Shown here: positions 60,870 to 64,000 of the stretch, piece by piece
How the letters are laid out: each line of letters begins with the position of its first letter
Numbering within the stretch: the stretch's first letter is position 1
NCBI GenBank assembly: GCA_965287045.1
Contig: OZ336870.1
Coordinates: 150,660,001-150,724,000 of the forward strand
Direction: 5' to 3'
DNA from: Carcharhinus amblyrhynchos
Lineage: Eukaryota
Length of the DNA stretch: 64,000 nucleotides
The notes under the pieces: generated by a model
Database searches by the model: none
Seen by the model: the letters and a program-made list of their open reading frames with translations, nothing else
What the model was told of the DNA's origin: nothing
Translations under genes and position numbers: made by a program

Positions 60870-62846
60870 CTTCCAGTCCACATGGGAACAAGGGGTCCTT
60901 CTACAAGACTTTAAAGATACTTCATTGTTCATATCTACAAACGCAAAGACAACCACCAGTCCAGTGACAGTGACAGAGAAATATCTCCTGTCTATTGCTG
61001 GAAAGATCCTTGCCAGAAGCTTTCAAAACCAGCTCACATTACATTTTGAGCAGAATTTACTTCCAGAGAACCTTCTGAGGGACCATCGACATGATGTTTG
61101 CTGCTCACCATCTGCAGGAGAAGAGCCAAGAACAAAATGCTAACTGATACACCACCTTTGTCAACCAAACCAAAGCTTTCAACACTGTCAGCCGCTAAAG
61201 GCTCTGGAAGATTATGAGCAAGTTTGGGTGCCCAGCCAAATTCACTCCGATGGTTTGACAGTTCCAAAGTGGCATGCATGATGACCTTGATGACAGTGAG
61301 ACTTTGCCCCTTTCCCTGTCACCAATAGAGTGAAACAGGGCTGCATACTGGCACCGGCCCTCTTCAGCATCATGTTCTCAGCCATGCTTACTGACATTTT
61401 CCAAGATAATGACATGGGCATGGAGGTCAACAACCAAATAAATGGCAAGCTCTTCAACCTGTAACATCTACAGACCAAGACCTCATTGATAGACTATGTG
61501 ACCTACTATTTGCTGGTGACTGTACACTAAAAGCTGGAATTGAGATAGGTTTACAGTAATTATGAACCTATTCTCCACATCCTGTGATAACTTCAGCCTC
61601 ACATTAGCACAAGGAAGATCAAAGTCTTGTTCCAACCTGTTCCAGGAAAGCTCTATCAGTAACAGTATCAGCACAGTAGCACAGTGGTTATCACTGCTGC
61701 TTCACAGCTCTAGGGTACCGGGTTCGATTCCCAGCTCGGGTCACTGTCTGTGTGGAGTTTGCACATTCGTCTCGTGTCTGCGTGGGTTTCCTCCAGATAC
61801 TCTGGTTTCCTCCCACAGTCCCAAGATGTGCGGGTTAGGTTGATTGGCCATGCTAAGAAATTGCCCCTTACTGTCCAGGGATGCACAGGTTAGAGGGATT
61901 AGTGGGTATAATATGTAGGGATAGAGGGATACGGCCTGGGTGAGATTGTGTTTGGTGCAGACTCGATGGGCTGAATGGCCTCTTTCTGCACTGTAGGTTT
62001 CTATGATTCAGTAATAGACAGTGATTGTAAATGACCAGAAGCTGACCACTATGGACGACTTCACTTACCTGGGCAGCATGCACTCACACTGTATTGACAA
62101 CCAAGACCGACGCCAGAATTGCCAAGCCAATGTGTTTTTTGGAAGACTTTGCTATTCAGTATGGAAATGTAGAGGGGTGTGCCTAAAGACTAAGCTCAAG
62201 GTCTACTGAGAAATCATCCTCTCCACTCTTCTCTGCATGAGTAAGACCTGGGCTGTCTACCAGCGGCACACAAAGAAAATCAATCACTTCCACCTTTGCT
62301 GCCTCTGCATGCCCCTCGACATCAAGAGGCAAGACAAATTCCTAGACACAGAGGTCCTTGGGAGAAATGGCATGATAAGCATTTTTATAATGTTACAACA
62401 TAAACTGCTCCAATGGATTGGACACATCACCAGGATATCTGACAACTGACTCTCTAAGTGAATCTTCTAGTGAACTGCAGGGCAGTGCATTCTCCTGTGG
62501 TGGGCAGAAGAAATGTCTCAAAGATACCGTGAAGGCCTCCCGCAAGGACTTTAAAATTGACACTGCATCAAGGAAGATCCTTGCCCAAGATCGCTGAGCC
62601 TGCAAGAGTGCAATTGCCAAAGACACATCAGCAAACAAGGAGCGATGGATAGTGTCAGCCCGAAATAAGCACAAAGCACGTAAAAACCATGAGAGCCTCT
62701 GACTACCTGGTAGCCTCATTGTCCTGTCCTCCCTGTAATATAATCTTTGTGCTAAGGTAGGACTTATCAGTCACCTTCACACCCATACAGCCCAACCCCT
62801 GGATAACAAACAAAAAAGGAATTAGACAAATGATGATGATGATGGT
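60870..62846 (+). mobile_element. Decayed RTE-clade LINE
   Basis: LLSIAGKILAR, KAFNTVSR, VKQGCILAPALFSIMFSAML, FTYLGS and LKTKLKVY. (GAT)n tail at ~62832-62845. Confidence 0.9.
61665..62010 (+). mobile_element. HE1-like SINE inserted in the RTE LINE
   Basis: Head, GGTTCGATTCC B box, V-core and tail. Confidence 0.9.
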
Positions 62847-63884
62847 GAATTTTGAAAGAAAAACAGGTCAAGTTTAAACATTTCAATATGTTTTGGTTAA
62901 GTGGTGAAATTACAGACAGGTTTCACACAGCCATCATTTCCCATTGTGTCGTGACAATTGTATATTTATATATAATGTAGCTTGATAAATGTCTCATCTT
63001 TTACCACAATTTAAGATAGTAATGTGATAAGCTTTTAGTCCAGGTAACCATGAGCAAAATTTATATTAAACCCCGAGTATACAGCAGAAGATTGTCACTT
63101 TTTGTTTTTAATATGCTATCTGTTTGTCTCAAAACTGAATGCAAAATGCAAAACTATTGGAGAGCTGTTACACCTTCAGCTTTATGTGAAAGGCAGACTA
63201 CAGTTGTATCAGTATGACATGCTGCTTACTTAGCTATTTGAATGCTGATAAATATTCTACTGTTAGTTTATAACTTCAGTGGGCACAATTTACCCTTTTG
63301 CACTCTAAGTGCTCCCATCAGCACGAAACCTGGAGTGTTTCCCATTGGCATTGGTTGTCAGATGGGATTCACCCAACTTAACCATCTAAATTTATGCATA
63401 ACCTGAAATATGCTGGCTAGTCCAGCTTTACAAAAATTGAGGCCCCAATCTCTGCGCTCTCTAACAGCCCCTTTCCCCCTCCACACTACCACCCCACCCC
63501 CGCTCCCCCCCCCTTCCAGCCCACTAATTACATTACAATGAACAGCATTGCATAATCAGCATGTTCTCACTTGCTGTGGGCACAAACCTGATTGGGGCTG
63601 GCAGGGCAAGCCGGGAGCAGCATGACAGGTTTGCCGCCTAGCGGGAATCCTGTTTTAGACCCAATGCCCGATTCAATGGACCGTTGAGAATCCTGCCAGG
63701 CTAGCAGGACCAGCAAATCCCAGCCAACATTTGGGATTAGTGATATTTGTTTTGGTTTTGACAGAAACTAGGAAATTGAAAATTCAATGTAGCTTGTGGT
63801 GTATCTTCAATGTATAAAAGAGGGGCTGGAAAATATAATGGAGTTTGGATGATCATTCAGAGGAATTCCTGGTTTCAAGGACAA

Positions 63885-64000
63885 ACACAATAAGGTTAAA
63901 GTTCAACAAGTTTATTTGTAGCAAATGCCACTAGCTTTTGGAACTGGCTGTTCCTTCGTCAGGTGGGTGGGCGTTTGCTACAAATGCACCTGTTGGACTT
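63885..64000 (-). repeat. Hammerhead-repeat family copy with an inverted piece at the window edge
   Basis: Minus strand reads CAC-CTGACGA-A-GGAAC-AGCCA-GTTCC-AAAA-GCTA-GTG. Confidence 0.8.

Larger units (their letters stand above)
9720..63270 (-). pseudogene. Giant multi-exon pseudogene; 5' half has midasin/MoxR-like AAA+ ATPase motifs; identity unresolved
   Basis: More than 20 non-repeat segments read as near-open minus-strand frames, many bounded by pyrimidine-AG and GT sites. Phase-consistent 69-88 nt introns. Scattered stops, frameshifts and TE insertions within exons. Confidence 0.72.

Noticed and set aside
60750-62940. Flanking similarity as an RTE target-site duplication
   Set aside because: Too diverged, and the left copy does not abut the element boundary.
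9720-63270. Functional gene using stop-codon readthrough or selenocysteine
   Set aside because: All three stop types, frameshifts and TE insertions occur within exons, which fits pseudogenisation.

Overview
Eukaryotic, repeat-dense vertebrate DNA. The HE1/V-SINE-like SINEs, CR1 LINEs with (TTCTTATG)n tails and Penelope-type repeats suggest a shark or other elasmobranch; this is an inference. No intact host gene was found. Most long ORFs in the track are CR1 LINE reverse transcriptases. There are also remnants of Rex1/L2, RTE, Penelope, Gypsy and Harbinger elements. Between the repeats, on the minus strand, lies a very large multi-exon pseudogene (about 9.7-63.3 kb, probably continuing beyond the window). 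It keeps AG/GT splice sites and some phase-consistent short introns but carries many stops, frameshifts and TE insertions. Its 5' half has midasin/MoxR-type AAA+ motifs. The most unusual small features are: (i) a 174-bp head-to-tail repeat with a minimal type I hammerhead ribozyme in each unit, with covarying dispersed copies (retrozyme/Penelope-like); (ii) a ~300-bp poly(A)-tailed element headed by U2 snRNA 5' sequence (SINEU-like); (iii) a CR1 LINE whose 3' end appears to be a captured SINE; (iv) repeated same-orientation nesting of LINEs into CR1 3' ends. All translations and alignments were done by eye, and many boundaries are approximate.
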